Below are positions 1 to 7,323 of a stretch of DNA of 35,597 nt, one piece after another. The stretch comes from Helicobacteraceae bacterium (GTDB lineage: Bacteria; Campylobacterota; Campylobacteria; Campylobacterales; Sulfurimonadaceae), in the NCBI GenBank assembly GCA_027084065.1, contig JALWLR010000269.1, positions 1 through 35,597 of the forward strand. The letters run 5' to 3'. How positions within the stretch are numbered: the first letter of the stretch is position 1; the number at the start of each line of letters is the position of its first letter. Below the pieces are notes generated by a model. The model was not told where the DNA came from and ran no database searches. It worked only from the letters and a program-made list of their open reading frames with translations. A program made the translations under genes and the position numbers.

Positions 1-351
<351 letters not shown>

Positions 352-601
352 TGTTAAGTTTAATCTTACTCAAGAATTTACTCTTGGCTTTTTTTGAAAT
401 AATCACTCAATCGCTTAAGTGTTATCTCGGAATCCTTCTAAACTCTATCTATATAATAGAAAGAGAATAGACGGTTTTTTTCGTCTTCTTTATTAAAAGA
501 AAAAGTGTGACTTCCGTCACCCCTCTCCTCTTGCTTAGTTGTCAATGATCTCAAACTTCTCTCAACCTCTTTCTAAAGGTCGTCTCCGTTTGTGGATGGG
601 A

Positions 602-607
602 ATTATA
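602..607 (-). promoter_or_regulatory. Candidate -10 hexamer (TATAAT on minus strand) for the rRNA operon; 352-600 would be the 16S leader
   Basis: Plus-strand attata at 602-607 reads TATAAT on the minus strand, ~250 nt upstream of the mature 16S 5' end. No clear -35. The leader contains short stems (506-519 GTGAC-N4-GTCAC; 471-486). Confidence 0.3.
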
Positions 608-682
608 GGAAAAGAATGCTTAAGGGGAGCTTAAATAAAGCAATGATCTGATAAAAAATTTCTATTTACCCATTTTTTCTTT

Positions 683-703
683 AAATGATACCGGTTATCA
701 TTT
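683..703. promoter_or_regulatory. Inverted repeat AAATGATA-CCGGT-TATCATTT upstream of the porin/FMN_bind operon; candidate operator (Fur-box-like half sites)
   Basis: Perfect 8-bp arms (683-690 and 696-703) with a 5-nt spacer. The right arm contains the -10-like hexamer TATCAT (696-701). The repeat lies 70-90 nt upstream of the ATG at 773. The repeat is certain; its function is inferred. Confidence 0.35.
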
Positions 704-772
704 TTATTTTCTTTTAAGACTGTTCTCGGTAGCATTACGATGTTGATAACTAATTTCAAAAAGGACAAACAG

Positions 773-2044
773 ATGAAAAACACTTCTTTAAAAGTTGCTG
801 CTTTTGCAGCGGCTCTTCTAATGGAAGGAAACACACTCGGCGCTGCTACACTCGAAGAGCGCCTTGCTACTATGGAGCAGGAGCTTGCCACACTCAAAGA
901 GCATAATGAAGTACTTACCGAGGAGTTGACCTCCATGGAGAACGAAAAGTGGTACGCAAGTATAGATGTAACGAAATCACAAAGTGGTATGGGAGCTGCA
1001 GCATCAAAGGTTTACTACTCTGAAAACCCACTTTCTATAGGTGGATACGGCGAGTTTTACTACTCTGACAAAAATGATGTAAAGAATGCACGAAATGGAG
1101 AAAATTCTGCCATTACCGATACCTATCGTTTCGTACCATACATCGGATACAAATTTAGTGATAACATTATCCTCAACTCCGAAATAGAGTTCGAACATGG
1201 AGGGGAGGAAGTTGCAGTCGAGTTTCTCTATCTCGATTTTCTCATCAACAGATATGCCAATGTGCGTATAGGTCAGCAGCTAGTACCTATGGGTTTGATA
1301 AACCTGCGACATGAACCGACCCTCTTTCCTACCGTTTTGCGTCCGGATGTGGAAACCTATATCATACCATCTACATGGAACGAGATGGGAGCGAGTCTGT
1401 ATGGTTCAAACGACTCGTTCGAGTATCAAGTGGGAGTTATCAATGCTCTCAATGCGAACAACCAGGATACACGAAGTAATGGAAACAAGTGGCTGCGAAA
1501 TGCCAGAAACGGCTCTGCAGAAAAAACGGCAATGAATAAAGTGGGTATGGTTGCAAGAGCAGACTATACAGGAATCAACGGAGCGAAAATAGGCGGGAGT
1601 ATCTACTACGGAAATGCGTCTAATGTAAAGACCGGTCACGTTTCCGGAACCTCACTGCTTATTTATGAAGTGCACGGATCGTACAAGAAAAATGCTCTCT
1701 TTCTCAATGCTCTCTACAGCAGTGCTGCTCTTAGCGAAGCTGAGAAAATTGCACCAAACGCCACCAAGGCATCCGATGGTTTTTATGCCAATGCGGGGTA
1801 TAATTTCTTCAAGCCTCTTCATATAGAAATGCCTTTTTTTGTACAATACGAACAGTACAATCTCGCAAAAAAGACGGCCAACGGGACTGGAGAGAAAAAA
1901 GATGTCAAAAATACGACTGTCGGTTTGAACTACTTTCCACATGAACAGGTTGTCTTGAAGATGGAGTACAAGATCATAGACGACAAGAACATTCAAGATG
2001 AAAAAATGAGTGCTGTATCTTTTGGAGCGGGATTTATATTTTAA
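773..2044 (+). CDS. Outer-membrane beta-barrel (porin-like) protein with N-terminal signal peptide and periplasmic coiled-coil segment
   Basis: Start moved to the internal ATG at 773 (MKNTSLKVAAFAAALL... is a signal peptide; AAGGA lies upstream). Heptad-like ATLEERLATMEQELATLKEHNEVLTEELTSME follows. The rest alternates hydrophobic and polar residues and is rich in aromatics and Gly. The C-terminus ...SFGAGFIF ends in Phe, the classic OMP signature. Family not assigned (possibly OprO/P-like). Confidence 0.7.
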   Translation: MKNTSLKVAAFAAALLMEGNTLGAATLEERLATMEQELATLKEHNEVLTEELTSMENEKWYASIDVTKSQSGMGAAASKVYYSENPLSIGGYGEFYYSDKNDVKNARNGENSAITDTYRFVPYIGYKFSDNIILNSEIEFEHGGEEVAVEFLYLDFLINRYANVRIGQQLVPMGLINLRHEPTLFPTVLRPDVETYIIPSTWNEMGASLYGSNDSFEYQVGVINALNANNQDTRSNGNKWLRNARNGSAEKTAMNKVGMVARADYTGINGAKIGGSIYYGNASNVKTGHVSGTSLLIYEVHGSYKKNALFLNALYSSAALSEAEKIAPNATKASDGFYANAGYNFFKPLHIEMPFFVQYEQYNLAKKTANGTGEKKDVKNTTVGLNYFPHEQVVLKMEYKIIDDKNIQDEKMSAVSFGAGFIF

Positions 2045-2053
2045 AGGAGTATC

Positions 2054-2563
2054 ATGAAACTACTGCTTGCTGCACTTGTATCGACACTGCTGTTTGCTAA
2101 AGGGATCGATGTGGAGAGTCTCATAAAGGGGCTCTACCCGCATGCCAGAAGCGTAGAGAAGAAAAGTGCGATTCTGACACCCTCCCAAAGTCGGGTAATA
2201 GAAAAAAAAGCAGGAGCGAAACTGCCTTCACATCTTGTCCGGTACTATCGCATCGATAAAGGTAAAAAAGAGGTTTTCGCCATTGTCATCGTTCAAAAGG
2301 TCCGGACAAAAAAAGCGGCTGTTATGTACTTTATAGCTAATGGCGCTATAGAACATATCGAAATACTCGCATTTGGCGAGCCGCCGGAGTTCAAACCGAA
2401 AAATAACTGGCTTGAGCAGTTTTCAGGCAAAACAGACAAAGCTGGACTTAAAGTGGGTGAAGATATAGCGGCAAGCAGTGGTGCGACTCTGTCGGCAAAA
2501 AATGTCACAAAAGGTGCAAGGCTCGCTTTGACCATTTATGAAATAGTGAGGAGGAAGCAGTGA
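2054..2563 (+). CDS. Secreted FMN-binding (FMN_bind, NqrC/RnfG-like) domain protein carrying an ApbE flavinylation motif
   Basis: AAGGAG SD precedes the start; signal peptide MKLLLAALVSTLLFAKG. The C-terminal DIAASSGATLSAKNVTKGARLAL matches the [S/T]GA[T/S]-L-[S/T] flavinylation site of NqrC/RnfG. The predicted FMN-Thr is T145 (nt 2486-2488). Confidence 0.85.
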   Translation: MKLLLAALVSTLLFAKGIDVESLIKGLYPHARSVEKKSAILTPSQSRVIEKKAGAKLPSHLVRYYRIDKGKKEVFAIVIVQKVRTKKAAVMYFIANGAIEHIEILAFGEPPEFKPKNNWLEQFSGKTDKAGLKVGEDIAASSGATLSAKNVTKGARLALTIYEIVRRKQ

Positions 2564-3030
2564 AGTTCGTCGTATCGAAAAAACTCAACCGCACATCCCC
2601 ACTGTTTCCTGCTATAACGGCGATGCTGCTTTTTTTCATAGCTTCTCTCGGATTCAATGCCCTGTTTGTTCACACGAAAATATCGCTTGTTCCATCACAG
2701 GCTCTTGAGACGATATTTGGCAATGAAGAGGCGTTTGTCGAGCCGATCCTTTTTGAGGAGCTTGCCTTTATAGTCCATATGGAGTTCTTTTTCTTTATGC
2801 TTGTAACCCTTTTAAGCTTTTTTGTCCATTACAGACTTTTTGACAAGAAAAAAAGTACTACAAAACTGTTTCTTACTACTTTTTTTATACAAATCGCGCT
2901 GCTCTCGCTCCTCCTCTCCCCTTTTGGGGATAGTCTATTTGTCACTCTGTTTTTGCTTGGCTTTTACCTTACCAACTGCATACTTGTATATGTAATTGTG
3001 CACAATCTCGTAAGGATCTATTATGGATAA
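2560..3030 (+). CDS. Small integral membrane protein, ~4 TM helices, function unknown
   Basis: GTG start overlaps the upstream stop (GTGA) and is preceded by GAGGAGG. Four hydrophobic segments. His at 38, 73, 90 and 148, with an HM...VTL...H pattern in TM2. Confidence 0.6.
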   Translation: MKFVVSKKLNRTSPLFPAITAMLLFFIASLGFNALFVHTKISLVPSQALETIFGNEEAFVEPILFEELAFIVHMEFFFFMLVTLLSFFVHYRLFDKKKSTTKLFLTTFFIQIALLSLLLSPFGDSLFVTLFLLGFYLTNCILVYVIVHNLVRIYYG

Positions 3031-3430
3031 ACACTCTATAAATGTTTTGACAGGCATATCGGTACTTTTTACACTGGAGATATTTGCAACTGGGTATTTG
3101 AGTGTTTTGTGGGATGTGGGAAGCATAAAGGAGCTTTTGCACCACTTCGCATACAGTCTGGAGCGCTACATTGAAGTTGCCTTTTTTCATATGATGCCTA
3201 TGGGTGTCACTCTTTTTATCTATCTGCATCTGCTGCCGATTTTACAAATCAAGCGAAACATCAGTGTCGATGTCTTGATACTTTTTACTCTCCTGTTTCT
3301 CTCGCAAATTGGATGGTTCGTTCTGCATGCTCCGGTTTTGAAAATCCTCTCCTCTTTCGCTCTTTTTGGTGTCACTGTATATGAAATGGGTCTGCTGATA
3401 AAGCGACTCTATACTCTCCGCGTTCGATGA
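3023..3430 (+). CDS. Small integral membrane protein, ~4 TM helices, apparent paralogue of the preceding ORF
   Basis: The ATG overlaps the upstream stop (ATGGATAA). Four hydrophobic segments. TM2 carries H56-M...VTL...H69, echoing the previous ORF. The 3' end overlaps convergent apbE by 59 nt, so the true C-terminus is uncertain. Confidence 0.55.
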   Translation: MDKHSINVLTGISVLFTLEIFATGYLSVLWDVGSIKELLHHFAYSLERYIEVAFFHMMPMGVTLFIYLHLLPILQIKRNISVDVLILFTLLFLSQIGWFVLHAPVLKILSSFALFGVTVYEMGLLIKRLYTLRVR

Positions 3431-4292
3431 AGATTCTCCCGTTGGAAGTTATCATGATATAGCGCAAGCCGCTTTTTTTCAAAAAACCTCTTGCCTCTTT
3501 AAAGCCCATCGCAACTATCGCCGTCGCCATCGCATCGTAGAAGTAGTTGGGACGTTTGCCAAAAAGGGTCAATGAAACGATCTTGGTCTGCGCTTTTTTT
3601 GTATAGGGATTGATAATGTGGTTGTACTTTTGCTCTTTGACATACCTGCGGTAGATACCGCTTGTTGAGACAGTCAGCTCTTTGTCTGTGTCGTTGTAGA
3701 TTGTGGCAATGGAGCCATCACCAAAAGGGGAGTCCACAGACACTTGACAACGACCGAAACAGCGTATGTCACCACTGAGTGCGATGAGTGCATGCTCTAT
3801 ATGGCGCTTGCGAAAATATGCAGCCACCTCATCTACGGCATACCCTTTGGCGATACCGCCAAAATCAAGCTTTATATTTTCAGGTATGCACACCTTCTCG
3901 TTTGCAAGTGAGATGCGTAGATCCACACTTACATTTTTTAAAGGTTTTTTTGGTACTCTCTCCTTTTGACCAAAACGATATATATCTTTGGTTATGCGCC
4001 CTACTGCCACATTGAAATACCCTTCGGTGTTCTCGTTCATAAACAGAGACTTTTTGATAATGTCATAGAGGTACCGATCCGGTTTGACACACTTTTGTTC
4101 GTTGAGTTTATATACAAGTGAATCTTTTTTGAATGTCGATAGAGAACTTTCGATATCTCTAATAATCGCAAACGCCTTTTGTGTCTGCTGAAATGTAGGA
4201 GCTTCGATTGTGACATATGTCCCCATCAACATCGTCATGCGTTCGATGGCAAAGAGAGATAGACCAAACAGAAGAATCAAAAATTTTTTCAT
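3372..4292 (-). CDS. apbE: FAD:protein FMN transferase (ApbE family), periplasmic
   Basis: Signal peptide, then LMGTYVTIEA (the N-terminal MGT hallmark). Also GGIAKGYAVDEV, STSGIYRRY and HIINPYT motifs typical of ApbE. Confidence 0.9.
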   Translation of the reverse strand: MKKFLILLFGLSLFAIERMTMLMGTYVTIEAPTFQQTQKAFAIIRDIESSLSTFKKDSLVYKLNEQKCVKPDRYLYDIIKKSLFMNENTEGYFNVAVGRITKDIYRFGQKERVPKKPLKNVSVDLRISLANEKVCIPENIKLDFGGIAKGYAVDEVAAYFRKRHIEHALIALSGDIRCFGRCQVSVDSPFGDGSIATIYNDTDKELTVSTSGIYRRYVKEQKYNHIINPYTKKAQTKIVSLTLFGKRPNYFYDAMATAIVAMGFKEARGFLKKSGLRYIMITSNGRIFIERGEYRVALSADPFHIQ

Positions 4293-4305
4293 AAGAATTT
4301 CCTAT

Positions 4306-4319
4306 GTAACAGAAGTTAC
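4306..4319. promoter_or_regulatory. Dyad GTAAC-AGAA-GTTAC in the apbE/DUF2892 divergent intergenic region; candidate Crp/Fnr-family binding site
   Basis: Perfect 5-4-5 inverted repeat, the geometry of FNR/NssR-type sites (TTGAT-N4-ATCAA; TTAAC-N4-GTTAA). A -10-like TATTAT (4337-4342) follows after 17 nt. A Crp/Fnr gene lies ~300 nt downstream. Confidence 0.35.
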
Positions 4320-4378
4320 TGACAATATTTTCGCAGTATTATACACTGTCACTACAAAATCAAAAAAAGGAGTTCCAA

Positions 4379-4573
4379 ATGTGTATCAATGTTGGAATGA
4401 CAGACAGAATCATCAGAGCAGTAGCAGGGGTAGGACTGATAGCTTACGGACTTGTTGTAAACAACTACATTGTAGCAGGCATCGGTGCTATTCCACTTCT
4501 GACTGCAATTATCGGCTTTTGCCCGTTTTATCCGCTCTTCAAGCTCAACACCGGCTGTCATAAAGAGTCGTAA
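4379..4573 (+). CDS. DUF2892 (YgaP-like transmembrane domain) family small membrane protein
   Basis: AAGGAG SD precedes the start. The N-terminal NVG..DRIIR motif, two hydrophobic helices and C-terminal GFCPFYPLF are the DUF2892 signature as I recall it. Confidence 0.75.
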   Translation: MCINVGMTDRIIRAVAGVGLIAYGLVVNNYIVAGIGAIPLLTAIIGFCPFYPLFKLNTGCHKES

Positions 4574-4582
4574 ACAAAAATG

Positions 4583-4608
4583 TGCTATACTCTCCCAAAA
4601 AGGGAGAG
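4583..4608 (+). promoter_or_regulatory. Extended -10 promoter (TGCTATACT, 4583-4591) overlapping the 5' arm of a hairpin (CTCTCCC-AAAAA-GGGAGAG, 4590-4608) that pairs the SD of the Crp/Fnr gene
   Basis: Perfect 7-bp GC-rich stem. The 3' arm GGGAGAG is the only SD-like element and lies 2 nt before the ATG at 4611. The predicted TSS (~4598) falls in the loop. Confidence 0.4.
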
Positions 4609-4610
4609 CT

Positions 4611-5228
4611 ATGGTACATTCCATCGAAGCGTTCGATTTTCTCGGCGATCTGAATGAAGAAGAAAAGAACTATCTCCAAAAACATCTCAAACCAGTTTCC
4701 ATTCCCAAAAACACCATACTCTTCTACCAAGGTGATACTACAAAAGAGATCCTACTTCTGACAAAAGGATCCATTCGACTCTATATCCAGGGTGAAGGCA
4801 TAAACGAAATAGAGCTCTATGTTCTCAACCCGATGGAGCAATGTATCGTCAATACAACTTCGGCTATCAATCTCACACCGGCTATCGGTTCTGCTCTCAC
4901 CCTCACCGATATCGAAGGGTACATGCTCGATAGAGAAATCGTACTAGAATTGATGAAAACGAATGAAAAGTATCAATCCTACATCTTTTCTCTCTTTACC
5001 GTTCGTCTCGATACGTTGGCGAAACTGCTTGAGAGTGTCAAATTCAAGCAGATGGACGAGCGGGTATTCGAGTACCTTCAAAACCAACAGAAAAACCCGT
5101 TCCATATAACACATGAGGAGATAGCTCAAGCACTCGGCTCGAATCGTGTCGTTATCTCCCGAGCACTCAAAAAGCTCGAAAGAGAAGGAATCCTCAAACT
5201 TTCGCGAGGAAGTATCACGATCTTATAA
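4611..5228 (+). CDS. Crp/Fnr family transcriptional regulator
   Basis: N-terminal cNMP-binding-like beta-roll (ILFYQGD..., GSIRLY). C-terminal HTH: THEEIAQALGSNRVVISRALKKLEREGILK. No N-terminal Cys cluster, so it is not a classical [4Fe-4S] FNR. Confidence 0.85.
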   Translation: MVHSIEAFDFLGDLNEEEKNYLQKHLKPVSIPKNTILFYQGDTTKEILLLTKGSIRLYIQGEGINEIELYVLNPMEQCIVNTTSAINLTPAIGSALTLTDIEGYMLDREIVLELMKTNEKYQSYIFSLFTVRLDTLAKLLESVKFKQMDERVFEYLQNQQKNPFHITHEEIAQALGSNRVVISRALKKLEREGILKLSRGSITIL

Positions 5229-5248
5229 AACTTTTAGACAAATCCCCA

Positions 5249-5254
5249 TATAAT
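5249..5254 (+). promoter_or_regulatory. Candidate -10 hexamer TATAAT for the HIT-mltC-like pair
   Basis: TATAAT lies 33 nt upstream of the ATG at 5287; no clear -35. Confidence 0.3.
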
Positions 5255-5286
5255 AAGCACAAGAATTACCACAAAAAGGATCAAAA

Positions 5287-5643
5287 ATGTGTCTGTTTTG
5301 TAAAATAGTCGAAAAAGAGATACCGGCAAACATCGAACTTGAAAACGAGGATTGCCTGGCATTTCACGATATAAATCCAAAAGCTCCTATACATATACTC
5401 GTAATTCCAAAAAAACATATAGATAGTTTTAACGATATAGACCCAGAAACTATGGCAAAACTCACACCATTCATGCAAGATGTCGCTAAACAATTAGGAA
5501 TAGATCAAACCGGCTACAGAGTTATAACAAATGTCGGTAGTGACGGTGGGCAAGAGGTTAAACATCTTCACTTCCATATTTTAGGTGGAGCAAAATTACA
5601 ATGGGGACACTTTACCGATGCAGACCCTAGAGAGTACCTCTAA
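5287..5643 (+). CDS. HIT family (histidine triad nucleotide-binding, Hint-like) protein
   Basis: CLFCKIV N-terminus and HLHFHILGG histidine-triad motif. Confidence 0.9.
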   Translation: MCLFCKIVEKEIPANIELENEDCLAFHDINPKAPIHILVIPKKHIDSFNDIDPETMAKLTPFMQDVAKQLGIDQTGYRVITNVGSDGGQEVKHLHFHILGGAKLQWGHFTDADPREYL

Positions 5644-6839
5644 TGAATAAATTCATACTCTTGTTAATCGGGGGAGCCTCTTTTCTTTTTGCATCGCAAT
5701 CCTCAGAGATGCAAAAGTACATGCAACAGCAAATGCAAGGATTTAAAAAACAAAAAGAGGATTTTGCCGATTATAAAAAAAAGGAACTAGAAGCTTTCAA
5801 TGCTTATAAGGAAGCACAAATGAAAGCATATGAAGAGTATAAAAAAGAGCTAGAAGCTTATTGGAAAAATCCAAAGCTCTCTACAAAAAAAGAGTGGGTG
5901 GAGTACTCAAAAGACAAAAAAACTCGTAGTGATGTTGATTTTGCAAATAACAAAATCACAGTTGAAACTGTTGCGAAATCAAAAAAAGAAGCTTTAAAAA
6001 AACTTCGACATACCTTAGCAAAAGTTACAACAATAGACACAAAACATGCTATAGAAAACGATCCGCTGGAACAGCGACTGGCAAAAATAAAAAAACCACC
6101 TAGTGTCGTAGATGCTCCAATAGACCCAAAGCCTATTCTAGCGCCGGTTATCTTTAAAAAACCGCCTTCAAAGAAAAAACTCAAAAAATTTGTAGTTTCA
6201 CATGTAAACACAAAAACAATACAGGCAAAACCATCACCAAAAGTCAAAGGTGCATTTGTCTATAAAGTAGTTGTAAATCTACCAAAAAATGCAACATATA
6301 AACGCTCAAAACTCTATTTAAATGAAGCAAAAGAAAATGCTGCAAGGCAAAAACTACCACTCTCACTCGTTTTTGCCATTATGCATACGGAAAGCTCATT
6401 CAATCCCAAAGCGACAAGTCATATTCCTGCATACGGACTGATGCAAATAGTCCCTCATACGGCTGGTGTAGATAGCTACAAGTATCTCTACCGAGTTAAA
6501 AAAATTCCTTCAAGCAGATACCTTTATAATTCGAAAAACAATATTAAACTCGGAAGCGCTTATTTGCATATACTTTACTATAGTTATCTTCGCCATATAA
6601 AAAATCCACAAAGTAGACTCTACTGCGCAATAGCCGCTTATAATACCGGTGCCGGAAATGTTGCATGGGCATTTACTCATACTTACAATCCAAAAAAAGC
6701 GGCTAAAATCATCAATAACCTAACGCCACAACAGGTATATGACCGCCTGCTAAAAGATCTAAAATATGATGAACCTAAACACTATCTCAAACGTGTTACA
6801 AAACGTATGCAGATATATCACAAAATTTATGAGGGGTAA
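5643..6839 (+). CDS. Lytic murein transglycosylase, MltC-like (SLT domain) with Lys-rich N-terminal region
   Basis: TAATG overlap with the HIT gene; signal peptide. Catalytic region AIMHTESSFNPKATSHIPAYGLMQIV and AAYNTGAGNV. Confidence 0.85.
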   Translation: MNKFILLLIGGASFLFASQSSEMQKYMQQQMQGFKKQKEDFADYKKKELEAFNAYKEAQMKAYEEYKKELEAYWKNPKLSTKKEWVEYSKDKKTRSDVDFANNKITVETVAKSKKEALKKLRHTLAKVTTIDTKHAIENDPLEQRLAKIKKPPSVVDAPIDPKPILAPVIFKKPPSKKKLKKFVVSHVNTKTIQAKPSPKVKGAFVYKVVVNLPKNATYKRSKLYLNEAKENAARQKLPLSLVFAIMHTESSFNPKATSHIPAYGLMQIVPHTAGVDSYKYLYRVKKIPSSRYLYNSKNNIKLGSAYLHILYYSYLRHIKNPQSRLYCAIAAYNTGAGNVAWAFTHTYNPKKAAKIINNLTPQQVYDRLLKDLKYDEPKHYLKRVTKRMQIYHKIYEG

Positions 6840-6858
6840 AATAGTACTTTTCCCCCTC

Positions 6859-7323
6859 TTAAGAAGGGCAACTCTCTATTTGGCCAAGGTCATAACTACC
6901 GCCACCGCCTGAAATAACTGTTTCATCTTCTTTTATAACTTTACCGTTATGAATGATTGTATAGCTGATCTTAACAGAGTCTCGAATAGTATTAATCGTC
7001 GAGCAGTATGTTTCAATAGAAGCCATTACCCAGCGTGCTGCCAAGATATCGTCAGCATCACTTTTAAAATCATATGTCAGATGAAGCTTATTAAATTTTT
7101 TTGGATTCTCTTCATTGCGAACGGCATCACCAGTTACACTTAGATCACTTACTGTTTTGCCTTGATTTTTCGGCAGTAGTTGCACATCGGTTGTCGAACA
7201 AGCTACAAGCCCCGCTAAAAAATATTCGATTGGAGAAATGACGGGACAATCTATAATAAAACTTGATTTTTCCGTCTTTGCTTCGAACTTCATCTCTTCA
7301 AGATGCGATACGGTTACTTTCAT
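6859..7323 (-). CDS. OsmC/Ohr family protein
   Basis: OsmC-like length and paired Cys contexts (LVACSTTDV and [10 protein letters not shown]). 4-nt overlap with the argH stop. Confidence 0.75.
   Translation of the reverse strand: MKVTVSHLEEMKFEAKTEKSSFIIDCPVISPIEYFLAGLVACSTTDVQLLPKNQGKTVSDLSVTGDAVRNEENPKKFNKLHLTYDFKSDADDILAARWVMASIETYCSTINTIRDSVKISYTIIHNGKVIKEDETVISGGGGSYDLGQIESCPS

Noticed and set aside
620-636. TTAAG-N5-CTTAA inverted repeat upstream of the candidate rRNA -10.
   Set aside because: It is a short 5-bp-arm dyad in AT-rich DNA with no matching regulator or second copy seen, so it is probably chance.
631-936. 101-aa minus-strand ORF spanning the porin start and promoter region.
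   Set aside because: It is Ser/Ala/Val-rich, low-complexity and antisense to a well-supported signal peptide and coiled-coil coding region. It has no SD and would extend into the divergent regulatory region.
6840-6858. Short imperfect inverted repeat (CCCTCTTAAGAAGGG) between convergent mltC-like and osmC-like genes.
   Set aside because: Only 4 bp pair cleanly, and it partly overlaps the osmC-like stop. This is not convincing as a terminator.
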